29,717 nt of DNA, taken from positions 1 through 29,717 of the IMG/VR virus record IMGVR_UViG_3300007778_000025; one strand, written 5' to 3'. The notes under the pieces were generated by a model. That model was not told where the DNA came from. It made no database searches and was given only the letters and a program-made list of their open reading frames with translations. Position 1 is the stretch's first letter; every line of letters starts with the position of its first letter. The translations under genes were made by a program, and so were the position numbers. This document shows positions 1-8,962 of this stretch, one piece after another. The stretch comes from a virus. Its lineage: Duplodnaviria > Caudoviricetes.

Positions 1-1455
1 CGATGCACTTTCGTTAACCGTTGCAGACGCTGCCATGTACTGCGATACCGCTGTCTGATAGGCTTCATCTGTTTCCAGATCTTGTGGGTCAAGTGTCGCT
101 TCCTTAGACTTCATAATGGTAGCGGCAGTCGTCATAGTCTTCTGCGCTGAAGCGATGTCGTCTGAAGGCATACCCATCAGCTGCTCACCAGCACGAGTCA
201 AGAAGTTATAGGACATACCTTGGCGGCTGATTTCTTTACCGTCTTTTTTGAAGATCAGGGTAAAGCCGCCTTCATCTTTCTCAGCGATGTCCATGTCATC
301 GAAGTCTAGCCCTGTAGTTTTCTTCAGGTCGTCGATGATTAAGTCACGGTTCTTATCGATCAACTGGTTGGCTAAACGCTCGTCACCAGTGCGAAGGTCG
401 TCTGCCATGTAGGTTAACTGAAGTCCTGCATCAGCATCTTGAAGTTTGTCTAACTCAAACTGGTTAGCCGCGTAGGCTTGCTCTGCTGCTTGGAGGTCAG
501 AGGCAGTGGTTGCTTCTTTCATGGCGAGTTCTGCACGACCCATCTCTTCCAAGAAATTCTGCTTACGCTCACCAAGTTGAGTGCGAATAAGGTCAAGATC
601 GTTCTCTTTACCCCACTGAGTAACTTGCGCGTCTAGCTTTTTGTTGCCAAGAGCTAAGTTACCTTCGGTGCCCATTCTATCGGTCTGTGCTTTGAATCGC
701 TCAATACCTAAACGCTCCGCGTCGATACCAAGTGAGCTTAGCAGCCGCGTGTTCGTGGTAACGAACTGGTCGTTGTCTTGCGCCAGTGCGGCGTACTTAT
801 ATTTTAACTCGTCTTTGGCCTGCTGAGTCATGTCTTTCATGCGATCTATGTTAGCGTAAGTCTCCTTAAGACCGGCTTGCAGACCTTCTAACTTCAGAGG
901 TATGGCGGCAGTGTCGAATTTGTTCTGTATATTCTGGCCTTCAGCACGCTCTCCAGTAAGGGCAGTCTCCGCTTGCATGGCTCTGACTTCTTCAGGCGTC
1001 AGCGCCGTAGTACGCTCAGTCTGCGCTTGTTTGTACCCAATATTTGCCAAACCTTCGGCGGCTTTGATCCCCTCGGTGGGAGAGTACTTCATCATGGTAT
1101 CAATCATAGCGTTACGGCGAAGACCTTGGATTTGCGTGGGGTCTAAACGCTGCTCGTAGGATTGACCTAAGAACTGAGTGCGGCCTGACTGTGGTAGAAC
1201 GCCAACGGGTTTATACTCACCTGTGGTAGGATCTAACGCGCTAAAGGTCTGACGACCCTGAGCATCTACTTCACCCATCTGGTAGTAGTTTTGCCCCTGC
1301 TCATTTTTTAAGTCTTGGAGGTCAACTGCTTCTTGAGCCATTTGCTTTTCTTCAGCAATGCGAGCAAAGTCCTCTTTCATGAGGCGCTCATTACGCATGT
1401 CAACAGCTTGTTTAACGCCAGCTAAGCCAGCCTGAAATCCTGATGCAAAGCCCAT
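1..1455 (-). CDS. Internal virion/ejection protein, 3'-truncated by the window edge (at least 485 aa); absent from the ORF track
   Basis: ATG at 1455 overlaps the upstream TAA (TAATG). Manual translation MGFASGFQAGLAGVKQAVDMRNERLMKEDFARIAEEKQ... stays open to base 1. A/Q/E/K-rich helical composition and position after the GNAT and pilot genes fit an ejection protein. Confidence 0.8.
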   Translation of the reverse strand, partial: MGFASGFQAGLAGVKQAVDMRNERLMKEDFARIAEEKQMAQEAVDLQDLKNEQGQNYYQMGEVDAQGRQTFSALDPTTGEYKPVGVLPQSGRTQFLGQSYEQRLDPTQIQGLRRNAMIDTMMKYSPTEGIKAAEGLANIGYKQAQTERTTALTPEEVRAMQAETALTGERAEGQNIQNKFDTAAIPLKLEGLQAGLKETYANIDRMKDMTQQAKDELKYKYAALAQDNDQFVTTNTRLLSSLGIDAERLGIERFKAQTDRMGTEGNLALGNKKLDAQVTQWGKENDLDLIRTQLGERKQNFLEEMGRAELAMKEATTASDLQAAEQAYAANQFELDKLQDADAGLQLTYMADDLRTGDERLANQLIDKNRDLIIDDLKKTTGLDFDDMDIAEKDEGGFTLIFKKDGKEISRQGMSYNFLTRAGEQLMGMPSDDIASAQKTMTTAATIMKSKEATLDPQDLETDEAYQTAVSQYMAASATVNESAS

Positions 1456-2426
1456 TATACTGTCTCCTCTTCGACATAGCCGATGGTTTCCATCTCAATG
1501 CCTAGCATTGCGTAGTTAACTGCATAGTAACCGTTGTCCATAGTGATGACAGCATCTGGGTAAAGTTCTGCAACTTCGTCAGCCATGACACCAACATGCA
1601 CGTTGTTATCACCAATGTAGTTAAACTTGTACTTGGTAAGATCAAGTTCTTCGTAAGCGCCGATAACTTCGATATTCTCTTTGAGGCGGCGGTCAGAAAT
1701 CGCACCATAAGCACCAAGACCAGTACCCAATGCAGTACCAAGCATTTCACCTTTAGTGGCTATACTCTGCATGTAAGCTTGGTTCTGCATGCCAGCAACG
1801 CTGCCCATGGTTTGACCTGCTTGACCAAGACCTTGCATGTATTGACTGCCGGGAGCCATTGCTGAGTTAAGCCCTGCTGTACCCGCGCCAGTAGCGCCAG
1901 CGTATGCATTAAGTGAGTTGGCAGCGAGAGGGTTACCAAGACCGATTGCAGTAGCTTGCAGTGCGCGTCCTTCTTGGCGAGCAGCTGTTCTAGCACCCGT
2001 CATAGCATTAGCACGTTGGGCTGAGGCCATAAGAGCGGCACTTCTATCTGCGCCACGTGCAGCGCCAGAGTTAGGGTTTACACCACGAGCGGCTAAACCA
2101 CGTGCTTGTTGTGCTTGAATGTTCTGGAAGGCATTAGCTGATGCGGCGGCTGCTTGAGAAGCTAACTCTTGTCGTCGGGCATCAGTATTGAAAGCTTGCG
2201 CTTCTTGGATGAACTGATCTTCTAAGGGCCTAAAGACACCTATTGACCTAGCTCTATCTTCAGCAGCGAAGTCCATCTGCTGTTGCTGAGCCGCCATCTG
2301 TTGACCAAAGACTTGCTCGGCAAGTGGCTTCATATCCGCGTACTGTTGCTTAGAGAACGCTAATTGCTCTCTGCCGAGAGCTTCCAGACCTGAGTAATCG
2401 GGTGCAGGTGCGCTTTTACCACCCAT
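1455..2426 (-). CDS. Pilot/ejection protein with C-terminal Peptidase S74-type intramolecular chaperone domain
   Basis: N-term MGGKSAPAPDY, A/Q/G-rich body, Gly-rich hydrophobic segment GTALGTGLGAYGA, then SDRRLKENI...GVMADEV...YYAVNY (about 1455-1697). Confidence 0.8.
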   Translation of the reverse strand: MGGKSAPAPDYSGLEALGREQLAFSKQQYADMKPLAEQVFGQQMAAQQQQMDFAAEDRARSIGVFRPLEDQFIQEAQAFNTDARRQELASQAAAASANAFQNIQAQQARGLAARGVNPNSGAARGADRSAALMASAQRANAMTGARTAARQEGRALQATAIGLGNPLAANSLNAYAGATGAGTAGLNSAMAPGSQYMQGLGQAGQTMGSVAGMQNQAYMQSIATKGEMLGTALGTGLGAYGAISDRRLKENIEVIGAYEELDLTKYKFNYIGDNNVHVGVMADEVAELYPDAVITMDNGYYAVNYAMLGIEMETIGYVEEETV

Positions 2427-2429
2427 ATT

Positions 2430-2852
2430 TTAATCCTCCCGCAACCATCTGCAATTATCAGGTCGCATAACTAAAACCATCATATCAGCGCCGGGAGCGC
2501 CATCTTTCATTACGAACTCTTCTTCAAACCCCAAATGCTTATCAAACGCGATAATGTGAGGTTCGTTTGTTGGTACCATACCCGTTAGTCTCTTAAGTTT
2601 ACACTGTAGAAACACATACTTACAGACAATCTTGAACAAAGGTATTAATAGTTTAGTACGTTTTTTGATCGCTATGTGACAAGTTGCGTTTGCACCGTTC
2701 ATATTATTGATGACAACACCTGCAACTAGCTCGTCGTCGATGGCCGCACCGAACGCATAAAAACTACCCCAGCCGCCATGTTGATCGACTTCTTCGGCAA
2801 CCCATGCACCTACGCGCTCTTTGTCATACAGCACTAGCTGAGATGTACTCAT
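2430..2852 (-). CDS. GNAT-fold acyltransferase, virion-module associated
   Basis: LVAGVVINN...CHIA...KRLTGMVPTNE...HLGFEEEFVMK pattern. Located immediately before the ejection genes, as is common in podoviruses. Confidence 0.75.
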   Translation of the reverse strand: MSTSQLVLYDKERVGAWVAEEVDQHGGWGSFYAFGAAIDDELVAGVVINNMNGANATCHIAIKKRTKLLIPLFKIVCKYVFLQCKLKRLTGMVPTNEPHIIAFDKHLGFEEEFVMKDGAPGADMMVLVMRPDNCRWLRED

Positions 2853-3304
2853 ACTGGTTTCTCAGGCCATACAATGTTGGTGAAATCTTGTTCAGTTACA
2901 TATGCAGAGGGTAGATCGCGCAGGGCTTGTCTGTAAACACGCCACTCGTTTTTCTTGGTAGCGTCAAACGGCGAATCCGCAATCTGTGTCCAGTCGCTAC
3001 TAGACAGTAGATAATCACGTTGTGCTCGTAGCTCAGCTGAAGCTGCAACTAAATCAATACCCCACCCACTTGCAGTCCATATGTGGCTGTTACTCGGCCT
3101 CGCTCCACGCTCTATAAAATTGCCGTTGCTGTCTTTATAGTAAAACTCCATCAACTGGCCTGTTGAAACATCTAGGTCAGGCATTTCCTGTACTGTCTCA
3201 GTCTCCGCGTCATGTGGCACATTACCCATGTACATAGGGTCAGATACAGTTACACCGCGTGTAATCTCTCCGGTTTCGTTGTTAACTACTATGTAAGTTT
3301 TCAT
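2849..3304 (-). CDS. Tail fibre assembly chaperone (Phage_tail_APC-like)
   Basis: C-term LRAQRDYLLSSSDWTQIADSP...WRVYRQALRDLP...WPEKP. Start moved to ATG 3304 because of SD-like GAGGGG. Confidence 0.85.
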   Translation of the reverse strand: MKTYIVVNNETGEITRGVTVSDPMYMGNVPHDAETETVQEMPDLDVSTGQLMEFYYKDSNGNFIERGARPSNSHIWTASGWGIDLVAASAELRAQRDYLLSSSDWTQIADSPFDATKKNEWRVYRQALRDLPSAYVTEQDFTNIVWPEKPV

Positions 3305-3312
3305 AATCCCCT

Positions 3313-3960
3313 CTAAAACTCTGCGACTAACCACTTGGGCGTAGAGCTTAATGTATATGGTTGCTGTGGGCTGTCCGTAAGTTGTTGGCTCATAAGCTCT
3401 AATACAGTGGTAACTTGCCCTGTGGTAAAATTCATACCTGTCCAGTAGAAACTCACCGTTTTAATAGTTCCACTCCCAGCCACAGTAACTTTTCCTAAAA
3501 TGGTGCTAGCCGATACCCACAGATTACTACCAGAGTATGACGTCCCTGCGTTTTGCAAAATAGCACGAAGCCGTGCAGCTAGAGCATTGGATGAAAAAGC
3601 CAGCTCATTGCCGCCTGACTTATAAATGTTAAGGCCGTACCCTGTTTCTAACCCGCTGATGTTTTCTACCAATCTAAATATTTTGTATTGTATAGTGACG
3701 TAAGCGCTAGTCGAGTAAAAGATAATGGCACTCTGAGTAGTAAACGCGAACACCTTAACGTTAGTGGTGGGGCGTATAAAAACTATAGACTCAGCGCCAA
3801 GTGTAGGAATGCTTACACTCGCGGTAGACCTGAACCCGCTTATCGCGCCAGTAGTGACAGAGCCATTTTCAGCCGTAGATTCTTGGTATAACGTAGTACC
3901 GCCTTCAGTACTGATAATTAGATCACCGCTATTGTTCCAGACTTTAAAGCCGTAACTCAT
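3313..3960 (-). CDS. Tail-tip accessory protein with two YG[FL] modules
   Basis: MSYGFKVWNNSGDLII and internal GYGLNIYKSGGNELAFSS. Beta-rich, directly downstream of the J-like fibre. Confidence 0.65.
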   Translation of the reverse strand: MSYGFKVWNNSGDLIISTEGGTTLYQESTAENGSVTTGAISGFRSTASVSIPTLGAESIVFIRPTTNVKVFAFTTQSAIIFYSTSAYVTIQYKIFRLVENISGLETGYGLNIYKSGGNELAFSSNALAARLRAILQNAGTSYSGSNLWVSASTILGKVTVAGSGTIKTVSFYWTGMNFTTGQVTTVLELMSQQLTDSPQQPYTLSSTPKWLVAEF

Positions 3961-4268
3961 AGCGCGACCCCACCCATAACAGCGTAAGTAACTGTCTGGC
4001 TAGGCAAAGGTTGGGCAGACGTTACGCGCAAAACGCGACCAGTAGGGTACACATATGTCACTTCTGCGTATTTAGTCGTCATAGTGCCGTTAACAATCTC
4101 GAAACCTATTACATCAGCAGAGACTGGGATAGTCTGGTTAGTTAACACGAAGTCAGTTTGTGTGCCGCTATAAGTGCCAATAACAAGCTCATAGAATACG
4201 ACTAGGTTATCCGTAACACCTAGCCACAGTTCCTGATTTGGGCCGTATATCTCTAAACCGTAAGCCAT
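3957..4268 (-). CDS. Small tail-tip accessory protein (YGL module)
   Basis: MAYGLEIYGPNQELWL N-terminus. Coupled to the fibre gene by TAATG. Confidence 0.65.
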   Translation of the reverse strand: MAYGLEIYGPNQELWLGVTDNLVVFYELVIGTYSGTQTDFVLTNQTIPVSADVIGFEIVNGTMTTKYAEVTYVYPTGRVLRVTSAQPLPSQTVTYAVMGGVAL

Positions 4269-7200
4269 TACGCTAGATTCCCTAGTCTAACTCTCATGCC
4301 AGTAGCATCATAAATCTTAATCGTGCTAGCTGTCATTTCCATGCGTGCGCCGCTAGACGCTGACTTAATATTAAAGGTCGGTGATATACCAGCTATAGTC
4401 ACGGCGCTTGCGTCCAAGGTACCTGTTTCTATAGCGTCTGCGCTTAGGTATTTAATATAAGTAGAATAGTTAGAGCTGTTAATCTCACTTACAGTAGCAA
4501 ACGCACCTTGGCCTACTATGGATTTAGCATCAAGTAGCGCGTCAGGGTAGTCAACGTGTTGCGACCAACCGGAGACGGAACTAGCGACATCTATACTCCA
4601 GCCCGTTCTCCATTGAGATACACTGTAGTTAGTATGCCCACCGACCCAATTCTTGACAGCGACTTTTGGGTAACTCCAACTAGTAGAAGTAAGACCAATC
4701 AATATAACAGCTTTACCGGACGAGTCAGTGCCGAACCTTACGCGGTTTTGAGCCGCCGTACTACCTACTAAGCTAGCAGAAGTTCTTGTCCACAAAGGGC
4801 CATTATAAGTATACCCACTTAGATGCAACGTAAAACTAGTGTTTGTTCCATAGTCAAACACCGCCACTTCAAACGACATCATTGTGTTGGTAAAGCCTTG
4901 AGGCAATCGTATACGAATACAACCAGTTATAGATGAAGCGCTTGAGTTGTAAGACCCACCTTCAGGGTTGCTTATGCGAGTGACAGCATTTTCTTGTAAA
5001 TAGTTGGATACCCTTGTGTCATCGTAGTTAGTAACGTCTGCGTTATCCGCTGGCCTGCCAGTACCTGTAACACTATTCCAAACAGCAGTGTCGCCTAAGC
5101 CTGCGCCATCTGTTAACTCATTAGTGTTAGTTATATCGTTAGCGACTTTTTCCCATGCGCTGCCGCTATAAGCGTAAAGCGCGGTAGGGTCAGCGTCAGT
5201 GTCATACCATAGATCACCTAAAACATAAGTGCCACCCGTAGGCTGAGAGTTTTGTCTATAGATCGTGTTTCTTGTAGCGTTGTCAGCAGGTTTACCAGTG
5301 CCCGTAACTCCAGTCCATTCCGCCGTGCCACCTAAGTTAGCGCCGTCATTGAGTTGGTCTGTATCGGTTGTGTAGTTACCTATAACTGTCCAGCTAGAAC
5401 CGTTCCACTGACTTACAGTAGTAGGCACTGAATCGGTATCGATCCACAAATCGTTGGTTGAGTACGTGCCGCCCGTAGGCGCTGAAGTTTGTCGATAGAT
5501 ACTACTTTTTGTAGCGTTGTCCTCTGGTAAGGCGGTGTTAGTTGTCATAAGGCTAACTAACTGATCAATACCAGTATCGTTTACCGTGTCTGTACCTACC
5601 GTGGTTTTAGAGCCATAAGCAACAATGCAGTCGGTATCTAGTGGCGTAAATACTTGCCTATTGTTGTAGTTATCGACAGCGAACCAGCGTTTATAGTAAT
5701 CGTCATATACAGCAATGAAAAACTGAGTAGTGTTTGCCGCAAGGAAAGTAAGTGACGAGAAACGAGTTTTTACATTAGACGCAGAGTACAAAACAAAAAA
5801 TCTGTCTTGGACACAAGAACCTTCGTAGTTTGTGTTTATCTCGGAAGCAGTGACGTCAACGCTTGTTCCGTTAGGGTGGTAAAACCTACCCGCCGTTATT
5901 TGTATTTCGCCATTGTTGCCCGTTCCATTAACGAGGGAGTTCTTAATGAACTGGAAGCTACCCATGCCACCAATGGCTGCTCCTGAACTTGCCATGTCTG
6001 CGGCGGCGTCAGGATTAGTGTTCATCTCTTCGATGCGGAAATAATCTACTTCTGTAACCCCTGCAACGCCGGAATAGTTTACGAGTAATAACGGCCTAAA
6101 GAACTTTGCGCTAGAGTGCATCACGCCCGGATTGGTGTAGTCCGGCTTATACCCAGTACCATTACCTGTTGAAGAGAAGTAACCTGTATACTCTGTCCAA
6201 GCGGTTGGCGCATTAATCCCCACACCAGCGAAGTAATGCTGACTACTAGTGGAGTTTGTACCGCTAATATTTACCCACGCTGTGTCAGTGGCGTTACGAC
6301 CAGCAACGCCTAGGTAGAGAATGCCGCTCCCCGCCGTTTGTCTAATTCTAACTTTAATTCTATAAAGCTTACCCGGTGAGATAACGTAACTATTATTGCC
6401 TATTAGCCATTGTTGGTCATTGCCGGAGTTATTACCGATGCGAAGTACTTTACCATCGTATTCACCTAGCCCTGTTGGCAGACTAAGTTCACCTAACCCT
6501 GAATAGTTAGTCCAAGGAAGCTGAGACGTGGACGTATAATTAAACGTTTCTAAAAACCTAGTAGTACTTAGCGTGCCGCCTGTATCTAAGCTAGACCCGC
6601 CAGAGCGGAGAAGTAGCGTCCCATCATCTGCATAAATAGCAACGCGACTAAATTCGGCATCGCCACCGCGATCAATGTACCAGTAAGGACGCCCTGACAC
6701 AGTACTTAGGCTAGACTGAATCGTACCGCTTATCTTCGCATTGGTAATAGCTGCATCGTCAATCTTAGCGTTAGTAATAGCGCCGTCAGCAATCTTAGCT
6801 TCGTCAATGGCAGCAATGCCTACCTTAGCGCTAGTAATACTTGCGTCAGCAATGAACGCTGTGTCGATATACACACCTGCGGGGACATTCACTCCACCCA
6901 CGTTTTGATCCGTAGTTTGTACAATAAACGGAGAGGTGGGGGTAAATACTTCCCAACCAGAGCCGTTGTGGCGGTAGTAAATTTTGTCGTCAGTGTCATA
7001 CCACAGCTGGCCTAAGCTACCAGCAGGTGCTGTATCTTGGGAGTAATCCGTGTCTGGATAAATATAGAAACGGTCAGCGTTAATGCCAAATGCAGTAGTT
7101 GCACCGCCCGCCTCGTTCAAGTCAGATATAAGACCAAAACCTGCAACAGCACCGTTGTTATCTACTTTTACTGAATACTTACCTTGGATGCCGTTAATAG

Positions 7201-8962
7201 ATTGAGCGTTGGTCTGTACAGTAGTAGTTAGAGCGTCCTCACCATCATAGAGAGTAGTATTAACTTGGAAGACCGCCTGCGCTAATGCTGAACCACTGTC
7301 TACTGCTATATTATTTAGCTCATTAATTTCACCATGTGCAGCTGGTAGGCCAGTATTTGGGTCGTTAACTGCGGCTTTTATAGTTGCAAATTGACTAGCT
7401 AGAACTGAGTCACTATTTACATCTATGGTATTAAGAGATGTAATCTCTCCATGTGCGGCGGCCAAGCCAGTATCAGGGTCGTTAACTGAGGCTTTTATAG
7501 TTGCAAATTGGCTAGCTAAAGCAGAATCACTATTTACATCTATGGTATTGAGTGATGTAATTTCACCATGTGCGGCAGCTAGACCAGTATCAGGATCGTT
7601 AACTGTGGCTTTTATAGTAGCGAACTGACTAGCTAAAACAGAATCACTATTTACATCTATGGTATTAAGAGATGTAATCTCCCCATGGGCAGCGGCTAGA
7701 CCAGTATCAGGATCGTTAACTGTGGCTTTTATAGTTGCAAATTGGCTAGCTAGAACTGAGTCACTATTTACATCTATAGTATTAAGTGAAGTAATTTCAC
7801 CATGAGCGGCGGCTAAGCCAGTATTTGGGTCGTTAACTGAGGCTTTTATAGTAGCGAATTGACTAGCTAAGACAGAATCACTATTTACATCTATGGTATT
7901 AAGGGATGTAATTTCACCATGAGCAGCTGCTAAACCAGTATTAGGGTCGTTAACTGTGGCTTGCATAGTCCAAAGCGCTCTAGCAGCGGCTGAATCAGAA
8001 GTTGCTGAAACATCATTAAGTGCAATGATAGCCGCCGAGCTAGTATCAGTTTCTTCTTTAAGTATGCTGAAGTTGCCTAGCTCTTTCCAATAGGTAGTGT
8101 TAGTTGGCACGTTACCTGTTGTAGTTTGTTTAGCTTCATACAACTTCTTATTGTAGTAAACCATGTCCCCTGCTTGGTATGTCGTTGCGGGGTCATAGGC
8201 AACTGCATCTGCAATAGCTTCAACATGGTTGTTGATATTAGTTACGTTGTTATTTATGGTCGGTATAGTAGTGTTTTCTATGTAGTCTATATCGTTATTT
8301 ACTTGTTCAATGTAGTAATTAATTGATCCTTCGACAGTGGAATCAGCGTCAATTAGATCAATCCTACCCGCTAGATCGTCAGCTAACTCGTTTTGAGTTA
8401 TTGATTTGTTAAGTACTTCTAGCAGAAACTCTACGTCAACAGCAGTCTCAGCAAGTGTGCCTCCAACAGCATTAATTGGGCCGCGTTCGTCTGCAATGTT
8501 TACGTTCCTAGCCCAGTAGTATCTAGACTTGCTACCGCCAACAGGGTCGCTATAAACAGCGCCGCCAGCGATACCTACGACAACGGCATTCTCTACGTCT
8601 TGAAACGGAGTAAGGTCGGCGGGGGGTGTTAGTGTATCAAAAGGATCAGTCGCTAAAATCTCTGTATACGCATGGCCCAAATAAGAGGGTAAATCCCAAT
8701 CTAAGGTAACGATGCGGTACCCGCCTGTGGCAGTGAAGCCAGTAACAGGCGAGGGAGTAACATAGCCGCCGCGCTCGAAGTCCTGATCTATTAGGTTGCC
8801 GTTGCGGTCAATAATCCCGTAACTAACTAAATCATCTTTAGTGATAAGGCCATTGGCACCTGCGCCAGATAGCACATCACGAACTCGATCTAAATAAGTG
8901 CGTAAATCTCTAGGTATATTAGAGGTGACTGTAGGTAACTTTGAGCCGGGCTTACTAGACAT
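4268..8962 (-). CDS. Large mosaic tail fibre/host-specificity protein (1564 aa)
   Basis: FN3-like N-terminal part. CBM5/12-like YDPATTYQAGDMVYYNKKLYEAK...YWKELG (about 8075-8197). 39-aa repeats. DUF1983-like GKYSVKVDNNGAVAGFGL...ADRF...VYIDTAFIADASITSAK (about 6760-7230). Lectin-like beta-sandwich (about 6025-6560). 79-aa repeats. J-like end ARMEMTASTIKIYDATGMRVRLGNL. Confidence 0.9.
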   Translation of the reverse strand: MSSKPGSKLPTVTSNIPRDLRTYLDRVRDVLSGAGANGLITKDDLVSYGIIDRNGNLIDQDFERGGYVTPSPVTGFTATGGYRIVTLDWDLPSYLGHAYTEILATDPFDTLTPPADLTPFQDVENAVVVGIAGGAVYSDPVGGSKSRYYWARNVNIADERGPINAVGGTLAETAVDVEFLLEVLNKSITQNELADDLAGRIDLIDADSTVEGSINYYIEQVNNDIDYIENTTIPTINNNVTNINNHVEAIADAVAYDPATTYQAGDMVYYNKKLYEAKQTTTGNVPTNTTYWKELGNFSILKEETDTSSAAIIALNDVSATSDSAAARALWTMQATVNDPNTGLAAAHGEITSLNTIDVNSDSVLASQFATIKASVNDPNTGLAAAHGEITSLNTIDVNSDSVLASQFATIKATVNDPDTGLAAAHGEITSLNTIDVNSDSVLASQFATIKATVNDPDTGLAAAHGEITSLNTIDVNSDSALASQFATIKASVNDPDTGLAAAHGEITSLNTIDVNSDSVLASQFATIKAAVNDPNTGLPAAHGEINELNNIAVDSGSALAQAVFQVNTTLYDGEDALTTTVQTNAQSINGIQGKYSVKVDNNGAVAGFGLISDLNEAGGATTAFGINADRFYIYPDTDYSQDTAPAGSLGQLWYDTDDKIYYRHNGSGWEVFTPTSPFIVQTTDQNVGGVNVPAGVYIDTAFIADASITSAKVGIAAIDEAKIADGAITNAKIDDAAITNAKISGTIQSSLSTVSGRPYWYIDRGGDAEFSRVAIYADDGTLLLRSGGSSLDTGGTLSTTRFLETFNYTSTSQLPWTNYSGLGELSLPTGLGEYDGKVLRIGNNSGNDQQWLIGNNSYVISPGKLYRIKVRIRQTAGSGILYLGVAGRNATDTAWVNISGTNSTSSQHYFAGVGINAPTAWTEYTGYFSSTGNGTGYKPDYTNPGVMHSSAKFFRPLLLVNYSGVAGVTEVDYFRIEEMNTNPDAAADMASSGAAIGGMGSFQFIKNSLVNGTGNNGEIQITAGRFYHPNGTSVDVTASEINTNYEGSCVQDRFFVLYSASNVKTRFSSLTFLAANTTQFFIAVYDDYYKRWFAVDNYNNRQVFTPLDTDCIVAYGSKTTVGTDTVNDTGIDQLVSLMTTNTALPEDNATKSSIYRQTSAPTGGTYSTNDLWIDTDSVPTTVSQWNGSSWTVIGNYTTDTDQLNDGANLGGTAEWTGVTGTGKPADNATRNTIYRQNSQPTGGTYVLGDLWYDTDADPTALYAYSGSAWEKVANDITNTNELTDGAGLGDTAVWNSVTGTGRPADNADVTNYDDTRVSNYLQENAVTRISNPEGGSYNSSASSITGCIRIRLPQGFTNTMMSFEVAVFDYGTNTSFTLHLSGYTYNGPLWTRTSASLVGSTAAQNRVRFGTDSSGKAVILIGLTSTSWSYPKVAVKNWVGGHTNYSVSQWRTGWSIDVASSVSGWSQHVDYPDALLDAKSIVGQGAFATVSEINSSNYSTYIKYLSADAIETGTLDASAVTIAGISPTFNIKSASSGARMEMTASTIKIYDATGMRVRLGNLA
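5054..5527 (-). repeat. Two tandem 237-bp (79-aa) repeats in the large fibre
   Basis: P[EA]DNA starts at 5527, 5290 and 5053 (237-bp spacing). Unit: IYRQ..PTGGTY...DLW.DTD...L.DGA.LG.TA.W..VTGTG. Confidence 0.85.
7260..7961 (-). repeat. Six tandem 117-bp (39-aa) repeats
   Basis: [ga]tcgttaact recurs at 7361, 7478, 7595, 7712, 7829 and 7946. Unit ATVNDP[ND]TGLAAAHGEITSLNTIDVNSDSVLASQFATIK; five near-identical copies plus one diverged. Confidence 0.95.

Noticed and set aside
641-1159. Plus-strand ORFs 641..826 and 902..1159
   Set aside because: They are antisense shadows of the long minus-strand ORF 1..1455 that the track omitted.
7260-7961. CRISPR array or DGR template/variable repeats
   Set aside because: The repeats are contiguous, in frame and coding, with no spacers. 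Differences are synonymous rather than adenine-specific, and no reverse transcriptase or cas gene is present.
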